From: Takakia lepidozioides
Lineage: Eukaryota > Plantae > Bryophyta
Direction of reading: 5' to 3'
Assembly (NCBI GenBank): GCA_030704615.1
Contig: CM060733.1
Span: 47,864,001-47,928,000, forward strand
DNA length: 64,000 nt
Made by a program: the position numbers and the translations under genes. The notes under the pieces were generated by a model. That model saw only the letters and a program-made list of their open reading frames with translations. It was not told where the DNA came from and ran no database searches. Positions 29,370-43,195 of this stretch are shown piece by piece; position 1 is the first letter of the stretch; the number at the start of each line of letters is the position of its first letter.

Positions 29370-30078
29370 CCCCCCACCAGGCTGCCCTCACGACTGCAGC
29401 ACGTCGCCAAGGGCGACGTGTTTTTTGGGCGGGGGTCGCAAGCAGCGACAGTCGGGCGTCGCAAACCCCATTTGAGGGCAGCAACGCCCGACACCCCCTG
29501 CAACGTGTTTTTAGTCCGGGGGTCGCAACCCCGACGCCTTGGCGTCGCAGAGACTGCCACCCTGCCAGCACCATTTTATTTTTTTTAAATTAAAAAAAAA
29601 AAAAAAAACGCGACCCCGAAGCGTCGCAACAACCCACGCCCGGGTGTGGCGGAGACCGATTCCAGCTGTTTTGTGCCACGCCCAATAGTTGCTGGCAACG
29701 ACGCATGGGCGTCGCTTGGCATACCACCCGGCTGACTCTCGGGCAGGTTAAAAAAAAAAAAGGGATGCGGCGCCGCGCCGGCGCCCCCACCAACGGCGTC
29801 GGCTGGAGGGCAGCGACGGCGAGATGTCGCTGGAAGAGGCTCCTGCCATCGGCGTGGACGGCCTGAAAAACCGACGTCCGGCAGTCGCGGGAGTTGGGGC
29901 GGGGGCTCGCGACCCCCATACGTCGCATTTTTGCGACGTCATTTTGGCGACGCCCTTGTGACTGCAGGGTGACGGCCAGGCGTCGCAAATTCTGCGCCTC
30001 CCGCGTGCCCGAAAAGGGCGTTTTCCCGACGCTGCGGCATGGCGCGGGCGTCGCAAAGGCCCCCATTTTCCTGTAGTG
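29370..30078. mobile_element. CACTA element end with GCGTCGC/GCGACGC subterminal repeats
   Basis: Ends in TTTTCCTGTAGTG (reverse complement CACTACAGGAAAA), preceded by many short inverted repeat motifs. No partner end was found. Confidence 0.65.
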
Positions 30079-33000
30079 TCAGTACCATACTGGTTTCAAT
30101 AATTCAACTGTACCCCAATACCTTTACCCTAGTGGTATCAAAAAACCATGATACCAGTCCAACACTGGTGCATACCCTGGTACATACCCGGACCTCACCT
30201 ATGTACCCGCCTAACATTGGTATTTACTGTCAACATTTGTATGTGCTCAAAGAAGGATTGGTTGTTGTAGGGGGTGTCTGCATCAGCACGTTTGCTAGTT
30301 GTTGCCATTAGGCCTGAGCATAAATCTATAGTCTCTCATTGAGGTCTCTCTAGTGTCTCCCATTCAGTCTGTCCTATTGTTATATGACACGACAACCAGC
30401 ATGTAGCCCAATGGTAATGGGCACATACCACGTTGGATGTGGTTATGGGTTCAAACCACCATTTGGTGTGTCATGAAGGTTTTCACCTTCCTGCTAGAAG
30501 GCAGTAGCCCTTCGGGGTCAAGTGACACCATAAGTTACGCTCCATTCAGGAGGCGTCATACTACTATGTTATATGACACTTTGAAGGATGTCCAAACTGA
30601 ACTTGTGGGGTTTGGATGGCTGCAATTCAACGTGCAGCGTGTTTCGTGTGAGGAAACCCATGCTATTGAGGCCTCAGAGCAAGCAAACAGGGCCCTCCAG
30701 AAAATTTTGGACAGGGCTAGAGCATGTGTTCCTGGTGTAGTTTAGGCTCTCACATTTGAAGAGGCCTTGTTTCCAACACAATTTCTTCATGTCTGCCGTA
30801 GACAGTACCCAATGAGCAACATGCAGCTCCATCAGGTAGACAACACACATTTTTTACTGAATGTCACATGATGTTGTACTTTAACTTTTGAGGCCAGCAT
30901 TGACAGGCTCTTCAAACTCTTTGATTAAATGAATCATGGAGCTCTTGGCCATGGAGGCCACAAATTCTTCACTACCATATCACCTCTCTCACATTTTCTG
31001 TTCTTTTCCCTTTGTAATCCCTCAACAGTTTGTGTAAATCAGGAAGGTCAATCTTTCCTACAGCATTGACTGTTTTTGTGGGTGTCTTCCTTAAATAGTT
31101 GATAGAGCTATTTCTTTGCTTATGGTATGAACTCGTCCGAAGCCCCCCTCCCGTGGTGCATCCAATTGCTCCACCACTCCGTTTGAACTGAGGTACAACA
31201 ATGCCGCTCCCTCTCCAGGAATGCGTCGGGCTGCCTCCGTGTCAATGACTCGGTGCGGCGTTTTCCGTGGGCCTTCGCTGAATCTGCCCACTAGCCAACT
31301 CACACAAACAAGTCCTTCTCCCAACCCGACACCAGACCTCTTGTCGTTTGTTTCACCATCGAGCCAATAAACTGCTTGAGATTTCATGTGATGTTGTCCG
31401 CTCGATGTTCCACCCACTGGTCGAACTTGAGCTTCTCCCTCTCCTTTGGTTGTTGGCAGTCCGGAACAGCTCCCTACACCTTGGTCGCTTTCCGGCTCGC
31501 ACGCTTACTCACTAGTTTTTGGTCACCAACAGGCTTGCACCGTTCTCGGGGTTACTACTCCCTATATATACTTCTGTGACTGTCCGCGGGGGTTTCACAA
31601 ACAACACCATCATTTTATGGCAAACCACCACGAAGACCCTTGACTCCCGGTGATGAGTCGCGGTGAGTCTTGGCCCACCCATCATGACCCCAATGGACCG
31701 TGATGAGTCCCAAGACTCCCCACGACTCTCACCACAAGGTCTCCGCCCCATGGTGAGTCCTATGCCACCCCCACTAAGACCCACTAAGCTACCACCACCC
31801 CTCGTGGAACCACCCCCACCGCAACCCGGTGTGCGGGGCTCCACCTAGTGAGCACCTTCGCCTCCTTGAGCACTCAAGGGTGCTTCAACCCCCGTACCTA
31901 TTGTTGCCACTGCCCCCACCACAGGAGCAGCCCCTCTTGTGTCCCGACCCCCCTGCCCTCAAGGCAAAGGGCCGCGACAATCATGCTCTTCTCCATAAAA
32001 TATGCTAGCACCAACTCCTTGACAACATCGGCGGCTTTGTTGGGGTCATGGTCTCTGTTGATAGCGCTATCACGCTCCGATCCATGTTTCCTCTTTCTCC
32101 TTGATGAATTTCTCGTCCCAGTGCTAGACCCTGTTCCAGACATTGCTTGGTATGTTATGGCAAGAAAATGAAATTAGATCTTGGAACAAACTGCACAAAA
32201 ATAGATTTTCACTCCCGACACCCCCCCTCAACCCTTCCCCCTCCCGATATAGCAAATCGATTTGTGCACCCTTTTGGTCACACGCCGGACGTGATTCCAA
32301 ACCAATTCTCTCGTCAGTTCAAGGATAAAAAAACTCGAAAATCTCCCCCCTCAAATGCCAAGCACCCTTGCCTAAACCAATTCTCTCGTCAATTCAAGGG
32401 AAAAAAAAAACAAAAACCTCCCCCCTCAAATGTCAAGCACCCTTGCCTCTTCCAGTTCGAACTCTCGGACTCAGAACGCGAAGCATCCAAAGTACCCTCA
32501 AGCTCGAGAACAGGGAGGCAAAGGTGAAAACATGGGGGGGAACCCTCTTTTATACCCCCTCCACCCTCCCCCCCGCCCATACCCCCAAACCCAACCCTCC
32601 ACCGGCATGGCGGTCGCCCATCCCGCACGCAGCGCCACGTGGTGGTCCCGCCGGCGACCGCGCATGGCGGTCGCCCAGCCACCCACCATGCCACGTGCTT
32701 GCAGCCGCGGCCCGCCGGCGACCAGCACATGGCGGTCGCCCTGTTCTCCCTCCCGACGATGGCATGTGGCGGTCACCCTCTTCTCCCGCCTGCAACCTGC
32801 ACGTGCCGGTCGTCCCGCCCGCCCCTCCGGGCACCCCCCTGCCGCCTGACCGCAACCTGCGACCGCCGCTATGGCGGTCGTCTGCATGGCCACCTCAGGC
32901 GCCTCGAAGGTGACTGCCGCCGCTCCTTGGGCTCGCCGGCAGCTGTGCCATGCTGTCTAAGGATGTGGCAATGTTTTACCCATGTCTTTACCTACTGACG

Positions 33001-33552
33001 TGACGTGTGACCCAAATCCCGTCAGTGTCGCCGACGCCGACGTGACATGACGTCATGTCGGCCTGCAACCGGGACGCCTCTGCAGCACGTCCAGTAGAGT
33101 GGCGACCGACGCCAGCTCACTGGCTCCGAGGTGACCGCCACTTTGGCGTCACACATCATGGGATTATAAAATATATATGTGTTCATCCACGAGATTTGGA
33201 GGGTTACACATTTTGGTGGAATGGGGGTTCCTTTCGTGATGTTTGGAAGAGTGATTTGGTTCGTAGAAACAACCTTTGCTCTTTTAGCATTTAATGTAGA
33301 GTCAGATACGAGTTATTTTCGTATCCTAGACTTTATCTCCGTTCGGAGAGGTTTGGCTCTTATTACACTGATCACAGTGATGTAACCGGGGTTTTAATTT
33401 TTTTTCCCCATCAAATAATTTATAATAAATATATCAGGGATATAACCCCCTGTTCTTTATATATATATATATTTGTCTCGAAAGTTTATGTCATGTGGTT
33501 CTCCTTATAATTGATTTCTTTGTCAAAGGTAGTGGTATTTTCCAGTGTTGGT

Positions 33553-34380
33553 CTAGTTGTACAAAAACCCGGATATCAACCTGATAATGCACATGGGTAT
33601 GGAAGCCCCTACCAGACGGTTCCAGATAGGTCGGAAATCCGTCTCGCTGGTATGAGGCATGCGATTCAGCTGACTATACCATAGGTCTGACTGACAGGGT
33701 CTTCTTGCATAGGGCAGTATGATGCCCCCTTGTTCGCCATGATCTGGAAGTCGGTGCAATTGCAGGTGGGTAATTCTGAAATGGTGATGGTGTACACCTC
33801 ATTGCGAACAGCTGAGCCTGCCGTGGCCATCTGATACACACGCCCGAAGCCTGGTGGGGGCACTTTTGTCGAGCTCTGGATTGTACAGTTCATCCGAAGT
33901 GCATTCCCCATCCTTGTCTCGTTCACTTTTGAGGGAGGTCGCCACCTCTTCGGTTTCCCCCAACGGTGTGTAGGATGCTTAGAGCTATCGCGTCCCATTG
34001 TTCTTGCTCCCACAGGGGTCGGTGGTGGAGGCTGTGGAAGCGGAAATGGTTGTCTGGGGACGTCAGTGCGCTGCACCATCCAAAATCTTGCGGCAGTAAG
34101 GGCGTCGGCCTCAACCTGACTCAGATCGCAGCCTGGTACCTGTGGGGTATGATTAGGATTTTGGGGAGTGCGATACCCTAGCCGCTTGGTCTCGGCTCAC
34201 CAGTTGTTGATGTTGTTACTTGTTTCGTCGCTGGAACTCGGTTGTCGGTATCGCCGTTTAGGTATCAATGCGCGTACTAGTCTAGAGATGGCTATATCCA
34301 TATTGATTCCTTGGATTACAGCCCACGAGATCACGGTAGAGTGGTCTTTTCTAAAGTAGTGAGCAGTGAGGTATTTCATT
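33553..34380 (-). pseudogene. C-terminal SWIM fragment of a third GCM-MULE family transposase
   Basis: VPPPGFGRVYQMATAGS..VYTITISELPTCNCTDF..YCP aligns with VPQPGYGRIYQLQTEGS..VYNVYIGQFPSCDCPDF..YLPCKH of 51574-55116. Confidence 0.8.
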
Positions 34381-34840
34381 ATTTAGTAAGGAGGTGAATT
34401 TGCATGCTACGATCAGTGTGCTTCTTTCTGAAATGATTCTTTTTCAATACTTTTACACGAAGTTGATATCAGTAAATATCAAGGTTTTCATACCATTGTT
34501 GATACTAGGTCTGCAAATGTGAAATACTGGCATTATTGATACCCTACAAATACCAATTCTGGGTTTGTTTTTAATATTGCATACCCTTGTTTGGGACATT
34601 TCTAAACTTTTAAACTACCATGACCCTCCTGGTATCTCCAAAACACGATAACATACCAACACTGGTATTTTCCCCATTATTCCACAATGAATGCTTATCA
34701 TCCATGGCAATAGAGGTCTCCCCCACTATCCATTATGCATATGGAATTTCACAATCATGACAATATGTGCGGGCACTCTGCCCAAGACCTGAAACGAAGC
34801 TTAGGAGAGACGAGTGTCTTGGAAAGTGGTCAATGGTCAA

Positions 34841-35484
34841 CGTCACGGACATAGCCCAGAGGAACTTACCAGGAGTAAATACCAGAAGTTACCAAGTTAC
34901 ATGTTATCGGAAGTTACCATGACTTATCGTGATTTACCATGATCTACCATGATTTATCATTACTTATTAAGTTACCGGGAGTTTACAAAATTACCAAGAG
35001 TAACTTGGGAAACTGCTCAGGAAGCTTCCTTTGGAGGAAACTTCTCCATCAAGATACCTTCTTTGTTTAAGGAAGCTTCTCCATCAAGAAATCTTTGTTT
35101 AATCTTGGAAACTTCTCCAGCAAGAAACCTCCATAGGGGAAGCTTCTTATGGAAGCTTCTTAGTAGCCAGTATATATAGGAGGCGAGACTGGACACTCTT
35201 CAGTTTCGCCAACACCAGTTCAAGTTACTCTTGTTTCTAGTACTCCAGTCTAGTTCCCAGTACTCTAGCTCAATTTCCAGTATCTAGTACTCCAGTCCAG
35301 TTTCCAGCATTCCCGTATTCAAGTCGTGTTTCAATGTCTTATACTCTTGTTCATTGTTATAAAGATCGTCTTGATTTCTATTTACTCATCATGCATTCGG
35401 CCACGCCGACCTTGATTTCTTGTCTAGTCTTGTACCTCTAATCTGATATCTTGTTTGTGTTCAGTCATGTTCTCGTCCTTGACA
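34841..35484 (+). repeat. 5' LTR
   Basis: Direct repeat of 40616-41244, with a TATATATA box at 35171. Confidence 0.95.
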
Positions 35485-35522
35485 GTTTGACGAGACTAAA
35501 GTTTGTTCCTTAGTTAGTTAAG

Positions 35523-38500
35523 ATGGAAGACATATTTGCGGAAATGGTCGCCACATTGCAGAGTTTTCAGCTCCAGATGCAAGAACTTCGTACCTCTACC
35601 GCCCAATTGCAAGCTGATCAGTCTCAAGATCTTGGCAACGCTTTCCACAATTTGCAACAACAAATTTCAGAGTTAAAGGAGTCGAACAATGGATCTTCAA
35701 CCATACGAGTCCCTGCTGCAACAGCTCATACTGCAACGGTTCCTCTTCAATAGATTACGAGAGAACCAAAGATCAGCATGCCCGAGAAATTTGATGAGAC
35801 GAGATCAAGATTTTGCGGTTTTGTTCAACAAGTACGACTATTCCTATGACTACATCCACAACGCTACCCCGATGAAGGTATTCAAGTGAGATTCGTGGGC
35901 ACCCTTCTATCAGGCACTGCCCTATCTTGGTTTGCACCGCTATTAGAAAAAAAAATCGCATTTACTATATAATTTTGAAGCATTTATGTCCGAGTTCACT
36001 GCAACGTTTGGAGAGAATGATAGAGAGAGAGTTGTAGAGACAAAGATACGAAATCTTCGACAAGGAGCACGTCCTGCTTCCGTTTATGCTACCGAATTTC
36101 GACAACTTGCGTGTGACCTCGACTTGAGTTGCCGACAATGTCAAACGTGAGTACACTGAGCGAATTCATCACCCAAGTCATTGCATGCGATAATCGTTTG
36201 TTCGAAAGACGTCAAGAGAAGCGATCTGGATGGCCGACGACGCACCATGCCGCTGCTACTACGGCACCAAACACAACGATCCATCAGACATCCGGTAACG
36301 ATCCCATGCAAATTAATGCTGTCCGATTCAAGCCATTGACGTCACAAACAAAGACGACGTTCGAATGGATTATGCTTTTATTGTGAAGAAGAGGATCACA
36401 TATCATTAAACTGCCCCAACAAGAGAAGATTCAAAGCTCGGGGCACAACTCAAGTGTTCGATACGAGGAGGTCAAAAAACGAAGATGTTCAGTCACAATA
36501 GGGACCATGCGGCTGGACACCCCAAATTCCTCACCAAAAAAAGGTCTCTTTCTACCTCCAGACCTTGTACCTTGTTTCAGAGTTCCAGTAAAGATCAGGA
36601 TGCAAAATCGAGATATCTCCGTAGAAGCACTTTTGGACTCGGGCGCTTCAGCGTGTTTTATTGACAAAGACTTTGCGAAGCAACACAATTTAACGCTCTT
36701 AAGAAAGAAATTCTCGGCCCCTGTTGAAGTCATCGATGGACGACCGTTAGCATCAGGAAATATTGACCATGAAACTCAACCCCTTGAAGTGAAGCTTAAA
36801 AATCAAGCATCACAAATTGTTTTCAATGTCATCCAGTCTCCAGCAAATCCTGTGATCCTTGGACTTCCCTGGTTTGTACTTCATAATCCTGACATCGACT
36901 GGCGATCACGAAAAATTTCGGCAAGACAAAAATGCGAAAGTACAAAAGGTATTCAACCCCTGTTTCTTGGAGCTAGAGCCTTCATGAGAGCTACGAAAAA
37001 AGACGCGATATTTGCACTTTATGCCACTCCGATCAAAACCACAACAGACCAAGGTACTTCGACATTACCCACTCAATATCAAGATTTCAAGGATGTCTTC
37101 GAGAAGAAAAATGCAGACATGTTGCCAGAACATCGACCTTATGATTGTGCAATTGAGTTGCAAGAAGGAGACCAACCACCATTCGGCCCGATCTACAATT
37201 TATCTCAGACGGAGCTGGTTGCTTTACGCAAATACATTGATGAAAATTTGTCAAAGAATTTCATTCGACATTCGAAATCACCCGCGGGAGCACCTATCTT
37301 ATTTGTGAAGAAGAAAGACGGATTGTTACGCATGTGTGTGGACTATCGTGGGTTCAACAAAGTCACTATAAAAAATCATTACCCACTACCGCTGATTTCC
37401 GGACTCTTCGAGCAACTTGGACGAGCAAATTTTTTCACAAAGATCGACTTGAGAGGAGCTTACAACCTTGTACGAATAAAAGAATGAGACGAATGGAAGA
37501 CTGCTTTTCGCACAAGGTACGGACATTTCGAATACAGTGTTATGCCTTTCGATCTTACAAATGCTCCAGCAATTTTTCAACACATGATGAATGACATCTT
37601 TTGAGAATTTTTAGATGACTTTGTAGTCATCTATTTGGATGACATTTTGATATTTTCACAGAATGAAGAAGAACATGGTCGTCATGTACGCTTTGTCCTT
37701 GATAAATTGAGGGAAAAATGACTATATGCCAAGTTGGAAAAATATATTTTCCACCAATCTGAAGTCGAATTTTTGAGCTACATTATTTCCGACAAAGAAG
37801 TCTTTATGGATCAGAAGAAAATACAAACCATCATCGATTGGATTAAACCAACTTCAGTCCAAGATGTACAATATTTTCTTGGATTTGCAAATTTCTATAG
37901 AATCTTCATCAATGACTACTCCAAAATTGCTGCACCATTGACACGACTCATAGGGAAGGACAAATTTGTATGGGACGAGAAGGCTGACCAAGCATTTGAA
38001 AAACTAAAGCAGACATTTACAACGGCTCCAATACTGGTATATGCAGACCCATCTAAACCATTCTTTTTGGAAGCAGATGCATCGAACTTTGCGCTTGACA
38101 CGGTACTATCTCAATATGGTACAGATGGCCAACTTCACCTGTAGATTTTCGTTCTCGCAAATTTTTTGTTGCGAAGATCAATTATGAAATCCATGACAAA
38201 GAACTTCTAGCAATTATCGATGTTTTTGAGGAGTGGCGTCATCTATTGGAGGGAGCTAAACATCAGGTCACAGTCTATACCGATCACAAAAACCTCGAGT
38301 ATTTTATGAGTGTTCGTGTTTTGAATCGACGTCAAGCGAGATGGAGTATGTCACTAACAAGGTTTGATTTTGTTATTACCTGCCGTCCCGGACATCTTCA
38401 AGGAAAACCAGATGCTCTTTCTCGACGATCGTATCTTGCGTCAAAAGAAGGGGATGTAGCTTTTTACCAACAGAAATTCATCATCTTGAAACCAGCAAAT

Positions 38501-40000
38501 CTCCAATTGAATATGCTATCCATGTTCACCTATGATGATGTAGATATCATAAAGGAGATTCAGGAAGCACTGAAGAGCGACAAATTTGCTACGACACTAC
38601 GAAGTCACCTAAATCGACCTCGAAGACAACCCACATGTTACAAACGACTTCGAATTCAAAGATGATTTACTTTATTTCAAGGGACTTATCTATGTACCTC
38701 CAGGACCTACACGACTTCGAATTCTTCAAACATGTCATGATCTTCCGGCTGCAGGACATTTCGGCTTCAACAAAACAATGGAATTGATATCCAGGGACTA
38801 CTGGTGGCCGCAGATGAGGAAACTCGTGAAAGATTTTATAAAATCTTGCAACACAAGTGCTAGAGCGAAGGGACCATGACATCGACCTTACGGCCTTCTT
38901 CAACCATTACCCATTCCCAAGGGTCTATGGTCGTCCGTGTCTATGGACTTTATTATGGACCTTCCAATTTCCAAGACCACCGATTCAATCCTTGTTATTG
39001 TAGATCGTTTTACGAAGATGACACATTTCATTCCATGTAATAAGACGGTTACCGACGAGGAAACTGCAAGACTCTTCCTCAATAATATCTACCGCATTCA
39101 TGGACTCCCGAAGGAGATCGTATCTGATCGAGGACCACAGTTCATATCAAATTTCTGGAGGGGATTATGTCACATATTGGATACTAAGATCAACCTCTCT
39201 ACAACTAATCATCCACAGACTGATGGTCAAACCGAACGTGTAAACCAGATTTTGGAGCAGTATCTTCGCTGTACGATAAATTATCACCAAGATAATTGGA
39301 CGGACCTTCTGTTATTGGTTGAGTTTGCCTACAACAACACTATACATTCTTCGACCAAACAAACTCCATTTTTCTCCAATTATGGTCTTCATCCTTGAGC
39401 AAACCCTTTCCACATTAAGACTATTGGAAGCCCTGCTGCAGAAAAACCTTGCTACTCATCTCGCTACGATTCACAAGGAGCTTATATTCCACCTCGCAGA
39501 AGCTCAAAAACAATACAAGGAGTATACAGATCAACGTCGCCAACTCCAACCCCAGTTCGAGGTCGGAGATCGTGTGTGACTTCTTCCACGGGACATATAA
39601 ACCTCGCGACCATCAAGGAAGTTGGATTATCAACGCCTGAGACCATTCAAAATTATTCGACAAATAAATCCGGTCAGTTTTCAGCTTGAACTCCCACGAA
39701 GTATGCGCATCTATCCAGTCTTTCATGTTTCATTATTGGAGTAGTATCATCCATCGAATATTCCAGGGAGAGTCTCCGTACCACCTCCACCAATCGAAGT
39801 CAATCAGGAAATTGAGTATGAAGTCGACGAAGTTCTAGACTCTCGCATCAAGTATAAACGTCTTGAGTATTTCGTACATTGGAAAGGTTACGACATCAGC
39901 GAACGAACGTGGGAACCTTCATCCAACGTCGCCAATGCATCTGACAAAATCCAAGAGTTTCATCAACGATATCCAACTAAGCCCCGAGCTACACGTCAAT
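35523..40000 (+). pseudogene. gag-pol with C-terminal chromodomain (disrupted)
   Basis: Domain order PR-RT-RH-IN. The chromodomain EYEVDEVLDSR..LEYFVHWKGY..TWEP lies at ~39810-39960. Confidence 0.93.
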
Positions 40001-40615
40001 AAGACATCACAACGATGATATCAGCCAAGTTAGCTACAAGATGAAGACTCCACATTCAATGTACCTGATATACGCTAAGGAGATATGAACACCACACATC
40101 AGTATATATTCCAGCACTTCCAGCACTTCCAACACTCTTGTATCTTGTATTGGCAGTATGGAGTCATAGGAACCAGATACATTGGAGTTGTCGCTTACCC
40201 AGCTACCAGATCAGCCGTTCCAACTCTCACGACCTTCAACATCACGCCGACGCTCTCGAGACGATGGGCCACCAATGCGATGCGTACTTCCTCGTCTAGA
40301 CCTTGTACGACGGCAAGTGAAGCTTACTCGAAGTCTGATAATTCTGTTGGAGGTTGAGGCTTCGGACCCAGAGGACAACGAAATCATGTTTGAAGGCAGT
40401 TTCGAAAATCAGAATGCTCAAATTACTGCGTGGTCCCCAAGTTCAAGGTGTTGGACACTATCGATGGTTGCAAGGACCTATAAATCATTTGAGTCAAGAA
40501 CGAGGAGCCGAATACTTGGCAAGTACCATTCGCCGGATTTTGGATTTTCTCCAACTCTAAGCAAGTCCAAGATTTTACCGCTCTTCGAGGAACTCGGCGT
40601 TAGAGGAGGGGGTGA

Positions 40616-41244
40616 TATCACGGACATAGCCCAGAGGAACTTACCAGGAGTAAATACCAGAAGTTATCAAGTTACCATGTTATCGGAAGTTACCATGACT
40701 TACCGTGATTTATCATGATCTACAATGATTTACCATTACTTACCAAGTTACCGGGAGTTTACCAAATTATCAAGAGTAACTTGGGAAACTGCTCGGGAAA
40801 CTTCATTTGGAGGAAACTTCTCTATCAAGATATCTTCTTTGTTTAAGGAAGCTTCTCCATCAAGAAACCTTTGTTTAATCTTGGAAACTTCTCCAACAAG
40901 AAACCTCTATAGGAGAAGCTTCTTATGGAAGTTTCTTAGTAGCCAGTATATATAGGAGGTGAGACTGGACACTCTTCAGTCTCGCCAACACCAGTTCAAG
41001 CTACTCTTGTTTCCAGTACTCCAGTCCAGTTCCCAATACTCTAGCCCATTTTCCAGTATCTGGTACTCTAGTCCAGTTTCCAGCATTCCAGTATTCAAGT
41101 CGTGTTTCAATGTCTTGTACTCTTGTTCATTGTTATAAAGATCGTCTTGATTTCATTCGGCCACGCCGACCTTGATTTCTTGTCTAGTCTTGTACCTCTA
41201 GTCTGATCTCTTGTTTGTGTTCAGTCATGTTCTCGTCCTTGACA
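40616..41244 (+). repeat. 3' LTR
   Basis: Direct repeat of 34841-35484, following the polypurine tract. Confidence 0.95.
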
Positions 41245-41245
41245 T

Positions 41246-43195
41246 TCAATGGTCAAAAAGTCTATCCGGGGCTGTCCAACAGCAGATTCTCACCGGTGTT
41301 AGAGTCATGAGATTCAAGTGAACTGGGTTTGGGGAAGTAAGTGTAAGCCTAAGAGAGAAAGTGTCAATGGAGAAGGTGTATACTGACATATCAATCTGAC
41401 TGAGTTCATCTAGAAACAGAATGGTAAGCTTGTTTTGCAGAATGACTAAAGCCCATGATTTGGGAGTTGGCTGCGGAGGGCCAAGTGCCAGGGTAGCCAG
41501 CCATTGTGGTGGGATTGTTTTAATAATATCCTGATATCCTTTGGATGCACGGGGCATCCCCACAGAACGGGCCATCGAATCTTGAGAGATGAGACTATCT
41601 CCCGACCATATGTTATGAATCTGTCTGACTCCGAGGCAGTCCCATTTGGACCATCTCTTAGCCTGGTTTTTCTGAGGAGCAGTTAGAGGTATGTCATTGA
41701 GAAACAAGTGTTGTCTTTTGATCTCATAGAAGTTGTTTGGCTGGGCTTTTGTGAGCAGTTTTCTGAGCCTTCCCCATGCCAACCAGATATTGGACCATAG
41801 AGAGGAGCTCACAGATTTAAGGTTGAAGCCTTGAGTGATCCAATGCAACGAGGGGGTCCAAGGGGTGTTTTTGAGTGGCAAGGAATTGGCAATGTGGTCA
41901 TAGACCAAAAATTTCCAGCATCCTCCTTCTGGTCCAAGAAAGTGCAGTATCCATTTTCCAAGGAGGGCCGCTATCTGTGTTTCAGGATCCAGAACCCCCA
42001 GTTTTATTTATTTATTTAGTAAACAGATCTATATCCAAGCTACGTGTGGTCTCTTGTTGTGAACGGAGCATTTTGCTCCCCATATGAAGTTCCGGAGGAG
42101 ACGTCTGATTTCTTGCATCTGTTTAGAGTTTGGGCGCGATGAGGAGGCATAGTACCATAGACCAGCCGAATGAATCTGATTCACAACTAAGGCTCTTCCA
42201 ATGAGAGAGAGATGTTTTGACCCCCAGTAGGTCAATTTTCTCTTCAGCTTGGTTAATGTAGAGGCAAAGATTTGTTGGTCTGTGAGGTTAATTCCATAGG
42301 TATATCCTAACAAGGTGGTTGTTTCGTTGGGCTGGAGCCAACTGAGACCCTGATCCACCCCCCAAGAGGGTGGTGAGCCCATAGTGGATGTTGCTAGGTC
42401 ACCAACGAGCAAGCCAAAAGTTTTGTTCCAATTAATTTTGAATCCCGAGGCTTTGCAAAAGGTACGCAGAGTATGTCCTGCTTGGTCCAAGTTTTCTGAC
42501 GTCGCTTGCAGCATTAAAAAGGTGTCATCAACGAACATAGAGTTAGTCAGGTAGGTGTACTGGCCCGTGATATAGTTTGAGATCCTAAGGCATGTTATGA
42601 ATTGGTTTTGCTGCAACATATATCCTAGGGTATCTGCCACTACCAGAAACAGAAAGGGTGAGAGGGGACATCCCTGTCTAACCGATCGCTGAAGAGGGAA
42701 GGAAGAAGACAAATGGCCATTTACAGTAACCCTACTGGATGAAGAGGTAAGAAGAATCTTAACCCACTTGCAAAAAGATTGAGGGAAGCCAAGTTTTACC
42801 AGGGCTGCAAGCAAGTAAGACCATTCCACCCGTTCGAAAGCCTTTTCAAAATCCAAGAGAAGAAGAACAATGGCTTGATTGGTCTTTAGGGCATAGTCTG
42901 GGATTTCCTGCGCAAGGAGGAGGTTGTCCAGAATATACTGGCCTTTAATAAGTCCTGTCTGGTTGGGACGAATAATGGATGGCAGAAGAGGTTGAAGTCT
43001 AAGGGCGAGGGCCTTGGCTATGATTTTGTAGGCGACATTCAGAAGGGTTATAGGATGGTAATTCGAAATATTTGTTCTATCCCCCTTTTTGTACAGCAAG
43101 GTAATAACCCCTTGAGCCATTGAAGGTGGCATCTGACCTTGCTGAAACAGATGATTGGCCATAGCTGTGAAATCTCCTGAAATCTCTGGCCACAA
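41246..43195 (-). mobile_element. 5'-truncated L1-like LINE (RT and C-terminal region), host of the Gypsy insertion
   Basis: RT motifs NYHPITLLNVAYKI, LLDFEKAFERV, VRQGCPLSP, FVDD, GFKINWNK. The reading frame is cut at the 3' LTR. Confidence 0.9.

Larger units (their letters stand above)
34841..41244 (+). mobile_element. Full-length but mutated Ty3/Gypsy chromovirus (Tcn1/Tf1-like) LTR retrotransposon
   Basis: LTRs at 34841-35484 and 40616-41244 end in GACA; TSD GTCAA/TTCAA; PPT AGAGGAGGGGG before the 3' LTR. Domains in order: gag with zinc knuckle, protease LLDSGA, RT YLDD, RNase H, integrase TDGQTER, chromodomain. Many stops and frameshifts. Confidence 0.96.

Noticed and set aside
29590-33000. 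Pro/Arg/Gly-rich ORFs in GC-rich blocks
   Set aside because: Low-complexity translations of subterminal motif arrays.
40182-40718. Extra ORF (env-like) before the 3' LTR
   Set aside because: No ATG start or recognisable motif, and it runs into the LTR.
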